A stretch of DNA of 64,000 bases from Curvularia clavata (lineage: Eukaryota): the NCBI GenBank assembly GCA_023920165.1, contig CP089276.1:3906001-3970000 (forward strand). Reading direction: 5' to 3'. The position numbers and the translations under genes are program-made. This document shows positions 1 through 9,082 of this stretch, piece by piece (the stretch's first letter is position 1; each line of letters opens with the position of its first letter). The notes beneath the pieces were generated by a model. The model did no database searches and was not told the origin of the DNA. It saw only the letters and a program-made list of their open reading frames with translations.

Positions 1-1
1 G

Positions 2-3000
2 CTGACAGCATGGGAGAGGAAAGGTCCTGCGGCGCGGCGTGTATTGGTCAATAACTTCTCAGCGGCTGGGGGCAACTCGGCGCTCCTGCTCGAAGATGCA
101 CCACACGTACCAGATAACGTCAAAGTGGCCATAGATACTCGAAAAATCTATGCTGTCGCAGTATCTGCCAAGACAGGTGCTTCTATGCAGGGTAACCTGA
201 GGTCACTGCTCGCACATCTGAAGAAGATGCCAAACGTTTCGCTTGGTGAACTTTCATACACAACTACAGCACGACGCATACACCATCCACACCGGGTGTT
301 GTTTATTGGTTCATCTGTTGAGGAGATCTGTCAACAAAATGAGTCGGCAATCATTCATGGAATCGGTGTAACAAGACCCAAAGGGTCACCACGAGTCGTG
401 TTCAGCTTCACTGGCCAAGGTGCTCAATATCCTGGAATGGCTCAGCAACTACTACAGGAAAGCACTGTCTTCCGAAATGAGTTGCATCGTCTAGATTACG
501 TATCGGAGAAACTTGGATTTCCGTCTGTGATCCCTTTCATCGAGTCTACTGAACAAGATCCTACCACGTTCCAGCCCTCGGTTGTGCAGCTCGCGAGTGT
601 GTGTGTTCAATTAGCTCTAGTCAAACTTTGGGGCACTTGGGGCATCCATCCATCTTTGGTTGTAGGGCACAGTCTTGGCGAATATGCGGCTCTCAACACT
701 GCGGGGGTGCTCTCAGACGTCGACACTATCTTCCTTGTTGGAATGAGGGCTAGGCTGCTCGAGGAAAGGTGTATCTCTGGCACGCATGCCATGCTGGTTG
801 TCGACAGCCCAGTTGACAAGATCTCTGCTACTTTGCAAGAAAGAGAATACGAAATAGCGTGCATCAATTCGCCAACAGAAACTGTCCTTGCCGGATCGAG
901 CGAGAGGATGCCAGAGCTCCAGGAATTACTTAAGAACGCTGGGATGAGAAGCACGCTTCTTAAGGTTCCTTATGCGTTCCACTCTTCACAAGTGGATGTA
1001 ATTATACCGGAACTCAAAGCTCGGGCACAGGGAGTGAAGTTTTGCGAACCAAGAGTACCAATCATCCGGCCTTTGGACTCCACCATCTCGACTGCTGGTA
1101 CAGCTTTCGATGCTGAGTATCTAGCATGCCATTCTCGCGAGCCTGTTAACATGCTTGGAGCTTTGATCGCGGCTCATAGTAATGGCGCGATCACCGACCG
1201 ATCTGTTTTTCTGGAGATTGGTCCGCATCCTGCTGTTTCCAAGATGGTCAAATGCACATTGGGGCCGTCCGCTTCTGCTGTCGGCTCGCTCCAACGTGGG
1301 GCTCGGCCATGGGACGTGCTTACCAGATCACTGAAGTCTCTCTACGACAACGGAGCTAGTATTAATTGGGTAGCTTATCAGCGAGACTTTCAAAAGTTTC
1401 ACAGAGTTGTCTCACTGCCATCATATTCTTGGGACCTGAAGCCTTACTGGATCCAATACGTCAACGACTGGTCTCTTCGCAAAGGGGATCCACCGGCTGA
1501 GAGCTTACACACTGGCCCTAAGATCACGAGTACGACGATTCATTCAGTCGTATCGGAGACCGGTGACTCCAGGAGCACCAAAATCGTGGTCGAGGCAGAT
1601 ATCTCACGCAAAGATCTTGCTCCATTAGTACAAGGACATGAGGTGGACGGCATACCTTTATGCACTCCCTCCGTCTATGCTGACATGGCTTTGACTCTCG
1701 GTACATACCTCCTCAAGCGTTATCTGCCAGAAAATTCTCAATTGCTAGTCGACGTGTCCGAAATGACTATCTCGAAAGCATTGATATTGAATGAGCAAGC
1801 AAACAAACAACTGATTCAGGTTCACGCTGAAGCGAACTGGACTTCTAAATCTGTGGCCATGAAGTTCATGACTTTTAACAATCACCAAAAACTGCAAGAG
1901 CACTCCCGGTGTATCGTGCATTACAGAGATGGATCCCTTCAGAAAGAGCTGCAAGCCAGTGCATCAGAGATTCAAGCGAAAATTTCGACACTCCGCGCGG
2001 GTATCGCTTCTGGCAAGACAGCCAGGTACAATCGTGCAATGGTGTATCGCGCTATCCGACCTTTAGCACGGTTCCACAATGATTACCGTGCTATCGATGA
2101 AATAGTGCTTAACAGTGATACGTTAGAAGCCTCCAGCATACTGAGCTTCGGTAGCGTAAAGCGAGACGGCGATTTCCATACTCACCCAGCTATCATTGAT
2201 TCGTTGACACAAGCGTGCGGTTTCACCATGAACTGCAACGATAACACAGACCTAGACGTTGAAGTTTTCATGAATCACGGATGGGGTTCGCTGCAGTTAT
2301 TCGAGCCCATAGATTTCGAAAAGGTGTACAAGACGTACAGTCGCATGGAATCAGGTCCAGACAAACTATGGCGTGGCGACGCAATCATCTTTGATGGCGA
2401 CCGAATCGTGGCGCATTTCGGACAAATCGCAATTCAAGGCGTCCCGCGCAGAGTGCTCAAAGTCATATTGTCGCTCGAGAGTGGCAGGAAAACGCAGACT
2501 CGTACCACGACAGCACAGCCGTCGATTACCGATAGAAACCAGTCAGAAATTCACTCAGCCCATCCAGAAACCAAAAAAAAACAGGCGCCAGTCAGGTCTG
2601 AACCATCTCCTGTTGATGTTGGGCTCCAGATTATCTCAGAAGAGTCTGGGGTTGCGATTGACGCCTTCACGGACGATACCGTTTTCGCAGACATGGGTGT
2701 AGATTCTCTCCTTGGTCTGACCATCTCATCACGCTTCAGGGAACAACTCGACATCGATCTCGATTTTAACGGTCTCTTTTTTGAGTACCCAACAGTGAAG
2801 GATCTGAAGGCGTTTCTGACCATGTCTCTACCTGATTCGGGTTACGTCAGCCCGGTTGTAGACGACAACGATGGGCTAGAGCCAGTGCATGAGATTACGA
2901 ACGCCTTGAAGATCGATTCTGCGGACAATGGATCATCCTCAAGTCCTGATTTTGCGCGAGCACTACAAATCATTGCAGAAGAGAGTGGTGTCCAAGTAAG

Positions 3001-4606
3001 TGAGCTTGGTGACGACACCGAACTTGCTGATTGTGGAGTCGATTCACTCTTATCGCTCATCATCACAAGTCGCTTTCGCAACGAGCTTGATCTCGAGATG
3101 GAGAGCGAATCATTGTTCTTGGAGCATCCAACAGTGGGTGATCTGAAAAAAGCGCTGTTAGCAAAGTCGCCAAACAGCATAACAGTGGAATCTACTGCTC
3201 ACGAAGTAGTAGACAAGACGGTATTACAGCCTGATGCTAACAATGGCAATGATGGGAATACAACTAACGCAAACAACCCCGAAACCGGTCACTTGCACAG
3301 AGCAGCCAACGATGAATCGCACGCGGCACTCGAAACGCGAAAGCAAACCGTGGAAGCTTTGGTCGAGGAATTTGCATCTGAATTCTCTGCACCAACATCA
3401 GACGAAAACGCGCCGGAAACGGTGGACGGAGAGAAAGTCGTGATGGTAACTGGCGGAACTGGAAGCCTTGGAGGCCATCTCGTATACCACCTTGCTCAGC
3501 AGCCTGATGTTCGAACTGTCGTCTGCTTGAATCGTAAGCATCGCGAAGATCCCATGCAACGCCAAATTCAGGCGATGCGTGACAAAGGTATACGTTTCCC
3601 CGACGCGCTGAAGCACAAATTGCTGGTTCTTCAGACCGATTCTGCCTCTCCACGACTAGGCTTGGAACAGAGGCAGTATGACGAACTTGCCGCCTCTGTT
3701 ACTCACCTTATCCATCAGGCTTGGCCAATGAGCGCGACACGTGCGTTGTCGGGGTTCAAGACACAGTTCCAGGTCATGCGCAATTTGATCGACTTTGCCC
3801 GTGATGCCACATCACGCCACCGTAAAGACTTCAAATTCAGCTTCGAGATGGTGTCCTCCATTGGCGTTGTTGGCTTGTATAACAAGGACAAGAACACATC
3901 TAAAACTGTAGTACCAGAGGGGCGAGCGAGCATTGCGTCAGTTCTACCCAATGGCTATAGTGAAGCAAAGTGGGGATGTGAACTTATGCTCGATCGCACG
4001 CTGCACCTGTACTCCGACCGCTTCCGCGCTATGACAGCCCGCTTGGGCCAAATTGCAGGATCAAAAACAAGCGGATACTGGAACCCAATGGAGCATTTCG
4101 GATTCTTGGTCAAGTCATCATGCACCTTGAACGCACTGCCGGATGTCGAAGGCAAATTGTATTGGACACCTGTCAATGACGTCGCAAGCGCACTTGCGGA
4201 TTTGGTACTTGCGAACAACAATTCTCATCCCATCTACCACGTCGACAATCCCCATGGCCAGTCGTGGAAAGAAATGAATGGTTATTTGCAAGCCGCACTG
4301 AAGATACCAAATCTGATCCCGTTTCGACAATGGTTGGAACGCGTGCGCCAGGCACCTCAAAAAGATAATCCTGCAATTTTGTTGTCGGACTTTTTGGAGT
4401 CAAATTATCTTCGCATGTCGTGTGGCGGCTTGGTCTTGGACGTCTCAAACACGCTCGAGCATTCACCTTCCCTCAGAGAAGTTGGCCCAGTATCTAACCA
4501 GGTCTTAAGAAAGTACATACATATCTGGAAGGAGATAGGATTTCTCCGTGCTACAGAAGATGATCGAAAGAATTTTGAGAAGGAGAGATTGTCACTTTGG
4601 GCTTAG
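2..4606 (+). CDS. Non-reducing iterative type I polyketide synthase, 5'-truncated by the window edge (end of KS, MAT, PT, ACP, ACP, terminal reductase R domain)
   Basis: Frame is open from position 2. KS tail VNNFSAAGGN; MAT FTGQGAQY, GHSLGEY, YAFHS; PT HEVDGIPLCTPSVYADMA; two ACP serines GVDSLLGL and GVDSLLSL; SDR-type R domain VTGGTGSLGG and YSEAK. No KR, ER or CMeT visible. Confidence 0.95.
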   Translation: MTAWERKGPAARRVLVNNFSAAGGNSALLLEDAPHVPDNVKVAIDTRKIYAVAVSAKTGASMQGNLRSLLAHLKKMPNVSLGELSYTTTARRIHHPHRVLFIGSSVEEICQQNESAIIHGIGVTRPKGSPRVVFSFTGQGAQYPGMAQQLLQESTVFRNELHRLDYVSEKLGFPSVIPFIESTEQDPTTFQPSVVQLASVCVQLALVKLWGTWGIHPSLVVGHSLGEYAALNTAGVLSDVDTIFLVGMRARLLEERCISGTHAMLVVDSPVDKISATLQEREYEIACINSPTETVLAGSSERMPELQELLKNAGMRSTLLKVPYAFHSSQVDVIIPELKARAQGVKFCEPRVPIIRPLDSTISTAGTAFDAEYLACHSREPVNMLGALIAAHSNGAITDRSVFLEIGPHPAVSKMVKCTLGPSASAVGSLQRGARPWDVLTRSLKSLYDNGASINWVAYQRDFQKFHRVVSLPSYSWDLKPYWIQYVNDWSLRKGDPPAESLHTGPKITSTTIHSVVSETGDSRSTKIVVEADISRKDLAPLVQGHEVDGIPLCTPSVYADMALTLGTYLLKRYLPENSQLLVDVSEMTISKALILNEQANKQLIQVHAEANWTSKSVAMKFMTFNNHQKLQEHSRCIVHYRDGSLQKELQASASEIQAKISTLRAGIASGKTARYNRAMVYRAIRPLARFHNDYRAIDEIVLNSDTLEASSILSFGSVKRDGDFHTHPAIIDSLTQACGFTMNCNDNTDLDVEVFMNHGWGSLQLFEPIDFEKVYKTYSRMESGPDKLWRGDAIIFDGDRIVAHFGQIAIQGVPRRVLKVILSLESGRKTQTRTTTAQPSITDRNQSEIHSAHPETKKKQAPVRSEPSPVDVGLQIISEESGVAIDAFTDDTVFADMGVDSLLGLTISSRFREQLDIDLDFNGLFFEYPTVKDLKAFLTMSLPDSGYVSPVVDDNDGLEPVHEITNALKIDSADNGSSSSPDFARALQIIAEESGVQVSELGDDTELADCGVDSLLSLIITSRFRNELDLEMESESLFLEHPTVGDLKKALLAKSPNSITVESTAHEVVDKTVLQPDANNGNDGNTTNANNPETGHLHRAANDESHAALETRKQTVEALVEEFASEFSAPTSDENAPETVDGEKVVMVTGGTGSLGGHLVYHLAQQPDVRTVVCLNRKHREDPMQRQIQAMRDKGIRFPDALKHKLLVLQTDSASPRLGLEQRQYDELAASVTHLIHQAWPMSATRALSGFKTQFQVMRNLIDFARDATSRHRKDFKFSFEMVSSIGVVGLYNKDKNTSKTVVPEGRASIASVLPNGYSEAKWGCELMLDRTLHLYSDRFRAMTARLGQIAGSKTSGYWNPMEHFGFLVKSSCTLNALPDVEGKLYWTPVNDVASALADLVLANNNSHPIYHVDNPHGQSWKEMNGYLQAALKIPNLIPFRQWLERVRQAPQKDNPAILLSDFLESNYLRMSCGGLVLDVSNTLEHSPSLREVGPVSNQVLRKYIHIWKEIGFLRATEDDRKNFEKERLSLWA

Positions 4607-5002
4607 CATGTAGATAGTCGTATTTCAGGACTGCGGGAGGTTATTGTCTTTCCTAAGCTTATCCTACAGTGGACATTATGCCGCCACAATCGAGAAAGTA
4701 TTCCTAGATGAGAGTGCGTTTATTTTTCTAGCTTTTGATGACATTCCAAAAGCTTATTTTTACGTTCATTAAGAACATCTAAGTGCATGAAAATGGCGTT
4801 TTTAGTGGTGGAGACATGGTGATGCTTAGCTCACGACTGGCGCTAGCATGTATAATCCAGGCGCAGCTCATTTAGAAGGCTCTTACCAGACATCAATTTC
4901 CTACAACGATAGGGGAACCTGGATTGTCATGTAAAACTAGAAAGGAAACTGTGTGCGTATATAGAAGGGTGAAGAAGGTAAACTTATAAATTTCTATAAC
5001 TA

Positions 5003-6857
5003 ACGTGTTGGATAAGCGAGTGAGCCAGGCAAGCGAGTGAGCCACCTCACCAACTTCGCGCATCTATACAAGCGTGTAGCTCCACTATAGTATAATAATA
5101 TAGATATATATTAATATAGCAGATTAAGCAGTATCTATAGTATCGTTTTTACACGTACGCGAATTATGGCCAGTCTCTCTACACCTGCTACAGCGCGTAA
5201 GAGCCCGGCGGCTGACACCTGATCGCTCTCCTCCCTGACGCTCTTCATGAGCAATTTGCTCATCAGCCTCGCGTTGAGCGATAATATCCTCGCCAGCTCC
5301 CTTCGTAAGCACTCCTTGCTTCTGTATCCGCTTTCTTTTACGCTCTCTACGCTTTGATGCTGCCTCATTAGCTCTCTCAAGGTTGGCGATCTGCTCGCGC
5401 ATTAGCTCAGCTGAGAGCATTATTATCTCTGCCCCCTTCTTAAGCTGGCCAATCGCCGCAATAATCGACGCTGGTGATGAGCTTTTGTGCCGTCGAACAC
5501 GATCACTTATTAGCGTTGATTGAGCTTTAAGCTCGCGTACGTTGCCTGGCGTACAGGCCTGCCAGAGAGCTTCTGCGAGAGCAGCTGGAGGAGTAGGCGT
5601 ACGTAGCTGCACGTCAAGCTTTGATAGAACAGTGTCTGGCTGGAGAGGAACAAGGCCTGCACCTCGAAAAGCTGAGCAGATATTGGCTGACGTAAACGAT
5701 TGATTAAAGGCTGCCTTAAATGCTGGCAGAAACTCGAGCTTGGTGATGTGGTTGATGTGGTTGCGTATTAGGCTCTCCACCTCACGGCTATACGCACGCT
5801 TCAATGGCGAGAAGCAGCCAACGTCAAGAGGCTGGAGCAGGTGAGACGAGTGAGGCGGCACACAGAGCGTATAGATATTGTTCTCCTTGCAGAGCTCTTG
5901 GAACTCAAGTGACTGGTGGCTCTCATGGCCGTCAAGAATAAGCAGCCGGCGTGCCCCAACAACCTTGCCATCTGTATGCTTGACAAAGTGCTTTAGCCAC
6001 TCAACTCCTAGCTCGTTGGTCGTCCAGCCGTTATCGCTGACTGCGATCGCCCAGTCGCGTGGGATCTCTGCCTCCTCGTACCAGGCAGATAGGTGATACT
6101 TGCCAGTAAAGATCAGAAACGGCGGGATAGACCAGCCGGCTGCGTTAATCCCAGCGATAAATGTCACCCACTCGCGACCACCTGGCTGGATAGCCTTTGG
6201 CCGAGCTCTTCTTTCTGACGCTGTAACGACAAGCTGAGTAGTAATCTTGCCCATTAAGAAGCCAGCTTCGTCGAAGTTGTAGACGTCCTCGTCGCAGATG
6301 CCGTACTTGGCCTTTGTCTGCTCTACAAGCTCAAACCAGCTCTTGATTAAGACTGGATCTTCACATAGAGCTCTCTGTCTATCGTACGCCCGATTAAAGC
6401 GCGTTGTAAGACTGTCTGTACGCTTGACAAAGTTGGCTGGCCACTTCTGCCCAACCTGGCCAGCGCCGCGCGCAGCCAGCAGCTTATCAGCCATATCGCG
6501 CACAGCAGCGTACGTGGGCGCAAATCCACGTGAATCGAGATTGAGTATATGATCAACTATCACCTCCTCTTCTAGCTTAGTTAGCTTCTTTGAGTTGGGC
6601 TGACAATCGCGTCGGGCAGGGCAACCAGCGCGTCGGCGGTGGAGTGTAGCTCGCGAGATATTGAACGTCTTAGCAGCGCATCTCTCGGTTTCAATTTGCT
6701 TTGTATTAAGAGCTGAAATCGCAAGATACATATCAGCCTCACAAGAGACCTTAGAAGCTTGTTGGGGGGACGCCATAGTTGATTGAAGTTGAGGCGTTGT
6801 GGAAAGTTGGTGAGGTGGCTCACTCGCTTGCCTGGCTCACTCGCTTATCCAACACGT
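5003..6857 (-). mobile_element. Complete pogo/Fot1-family (Tc1-mariner superfamily) DNA transposon, 1855 bp
   Basis: Perfect 54-bp TIRs (5003-5056 and 6804-6857, ACGTGTTGGATAAGCGAGTGAGCC...), TA target duplication at 5001-5002 and 6858-6859, internal transposase ORF. Confidence 0.96.
5124..6776 (-). CDS. Pogo/Fot1-type DDE_1 transposase, 550 aa, apparently intact
   Basis: N-terminal HTH/CENP-B-like region, catalytic motifs NFDEAGF, LILDGHESH, LQPLDVG, and C-terminal CCHC knuckle CSRCRETGHNSRTC. Confidence 0.95.
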   Translation of the reverse strand: MASPQQASKVSCEADMYLAISALNTKQIETERCAAKTFNISRATLHRRRAGCPARRDCQPNSKKLTKLEEEVIVDHILNLDSRGFAPTYAAVRDMADKLLAARGAGQVGQKWPANFVKRTDSLTTRFNRAYDRQRALCEDPVLIKSWFELVEQTKAKYGICDEDVYNFDEAGFLMGKITTQLVVTASERRARPKAIQPGGREWVTFIAGINAAGWSIPPFLIFTGKYHLSAWYEEAEIPRDWAIAVSDNGWTTNELGVEWLKHFVKHTDGKVVGARRLLILDGHESHQSLEFQELCKENNIYTLCVPPHSSHLLQPLDVGCFSPLKRAYSREVESLIRNHINHITKLEFLPAFKAAFNQSFTSANICSAFRGAGLVPLQPDTVLSKLDVQLRTPTPPAALAEALWQACTPGNVRELKAQSTLISDRVRRHKSSSPASIIAAIGQLKKGAEIIMLSAELMREQIANLERANEAASKRRERKRKRIQKQGVLTKGAGEDIIAQREADEQIAHEERQGGERSGVSRRALTRCSRCRETGHNSRTCKNDTIDTA

Positions 6858-6927
6858 TAGCTAAAAACATAAAAGTTAGCGCTTTATATAGAAATTACTA
6901 AGCAGATTTGAACTAGCTAGCTGACTA

Positions 6928-8920
6928 TCCGTGCCAAGGCGTAGCTTATGACTAAGCCACGTCAGCTGCGCTGACACTCGCCGCAGGCGAGTGCCGACTC
7001 TCAATACGATATTACCTTCAATACGATATTTTTTCAACTACCTTTGATAAACTATCAAATTGCTACTCAACCACGCCAGTTTTCGTACTGATTTTCGTAC
7101 GCTAGTAAACCTGCAGCACGCATTGATGCCCACACCCGCTGTAATTGTTTATGTACTAGTTGGTAAGCTTGGAAATGCCGCTTTTTTTTCATGACTGGCA
7201 TGCCCTTCATCTTTGAATATTCAAATATAAGCTGGCTTAACTCAGCTGCAAGCTTATTTTGAACCATCTTTCGTGCCGAATGGGAGTAAATAACTCCCAT
7301 TGAAGATTTAAGAATTGTACGAGTCCTTTGTTGGCGTGATCGCCGTGATTGTGCAATCGAAGTCATAGTACGTAGTTCACCAATTGCTTGGTCTCCAGCA
7401 ACAGACATATTATACGCTCCAAACAACGTACGTTTTACGTTATCGCTAAGCTCCTCATTCTCTAGACAATAGTCAATATTGCGCTTAAGTGTCCGGATTG
7501 TTAGAGGCGTGTTTAGCTCTGGTGGTGGTGGTGTTCTATCTGTAGTAGCGTTACTACTACTTTCACTACTACTGCCAGTATCTTGGCAATCAGCGTCCTA
7601 ATCAGCAAAATCTCTCTGTATATTATTCTTGACGCGCTTAATATCCAATGGATATAATCCCGAGTCCCGCCAGCCTTTTTGTATTGTACGGGACTTGAAT
7701 GTATGGGCGCGGATTGACTCGATAGCAGCCAAGAACTCAACCTTGTTGAAAGCTGTACAGCCTGTTCGGGTTGCATGATCAACAGCCTGCGCGTGCCAGT
7801 GCTTATACGGCTGGAAACAGCCTACATCAAGCGGCTGGAGAAAGTGAGATGTATGTGGAGGTAGGCGATAGGCAATAACGTTGTGGTCCTCAAGGACTTC
7901 TAGAAACTCTTGGGTGCAGTGTGAATCAAATCCGTCAAACAAAAGCAGCCGATATAGCCCTTGAGTGTACTTCTGGCTCTATTGTACGAAGTGCTTTACC
8001 CACTCAAGACTTAACTGATCGTTTGTATAGCCACTATCGCTATGCGCGATTAAACAGTTATCGGGCAAATCAGTAAAGTAGCGCTCAAGGAGCGCGTCGC
8101 CTTCGACAATAATCATTGGTGGGATAGCGTGGCCTGCGGCATTGACGCACTCAGTTACAGTCAATGATATACGATTATCAGGCGTCGGTAGATAGACACG
8201 GCGGCGAGGCTCAAAAGTAACAACCCACTGGTCTTTTCCGATCCCAATGCGAAAGCCTGTCTCGTCAAAGTTCCAGATATCTGATGGTGGGATACCATGC
8301 GTCTGAATCAGGCTTATAAAGGTGTTAAACCACTCTATAATAGAGTCTGAGTCATGCGCAAGTGCGCGATTGAGATTAAGAGATCGCTGTCGCCGTACGT
8401 GAAGCTCAGGCTGCCGTTTGAGCCATTGTTTTGCCCATCGCGAGCTTGCAGTTGGTGGAGGACCAGGACCATTATGAGCTTGTTGAAGAAGATAATTGGC
8501 ACACGATACAATCATAGGCAGTCGTACACAAACTCCAAGTTCATCAAGGCGTGCGATATAATCGTATAGTGCTTGGTCTTGCGCCTTAGCAAGCTTATAT
8601 GTGCCGGAAGGGCGTTTAGAATGTGTTAGGCGGCCCTTTGATCGGGCGAGTAATCGCTGGTATGGAACACCGTGTTCACGCGCAAGCTGCTTAAAATTCG
8701 GCTTTGGGATATCCTTGATAGACTCTAAGATCTCTGCAATGCGATCATTAATTGAGGTTTGTAATTGAGCCATTGTGGGGGCTACAAGAGAGGATTAAAG
8801 TAGTGGAGTTACAAAAAAATATCGTATTGAAGGTAATATCGTATTGAGGGTCGGCACTCGCCTGCGGCGAGTGTCAGCGCAGCTGACGTAGCTTAGTCAT
8901 AAGCTACGCCTTGGCACGGA
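6928..8920 (-). mobile_element. Second, distinct pogo/Fot1-family DNA transposon, 1993 bp
   Basis: 107-bp TIRs (6928-7034 and 8814-8920, TCCGTGCCAAGGCGTAGC...) with two mismatches, TA duplication at 6926-6927 and 8921-8922. Confidence 0.95.
7067..8773 (-). pseudogene. DDE_1 transposase interrupted by two in-frame TAG codons
   Basis: ORFs 7979-8773, 7598-7942 and 7067-7426 share one frame. The only breaks I found are TAG at 7981-7979 and 7600-7598. Motifs NFDETGF, LLFDGFDSH and LQPLDVG are present. Confidence 0.9.
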
Positions 8921-9082
8921 TAACTTTGTAATCTCTATATAAAATAATGACTTATATATTTTTAGTTATTTTATTGGCTGAATTATGCTAGTTCCAAAAC
9001 CACTACTTTGTTGTGTTCTTTTTTTTTTATAAACCCCCGCTGTATATAATACATGCTGAAATACGCACTGTCCCCTCCCAGC

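Noticed and set aside
4989..6896. 10-bp inverted match AATTTCTATA / TATAGAAATT flanking transposon 1, suggesting an older host element
   Set aside because: Too short and AT-rich to distinguish from chance.
5003..8920. One composite or nested transposon
   Set aside because: Each element has its own unrelated TIR pair and TA duplication. They are adjacent, not nested.
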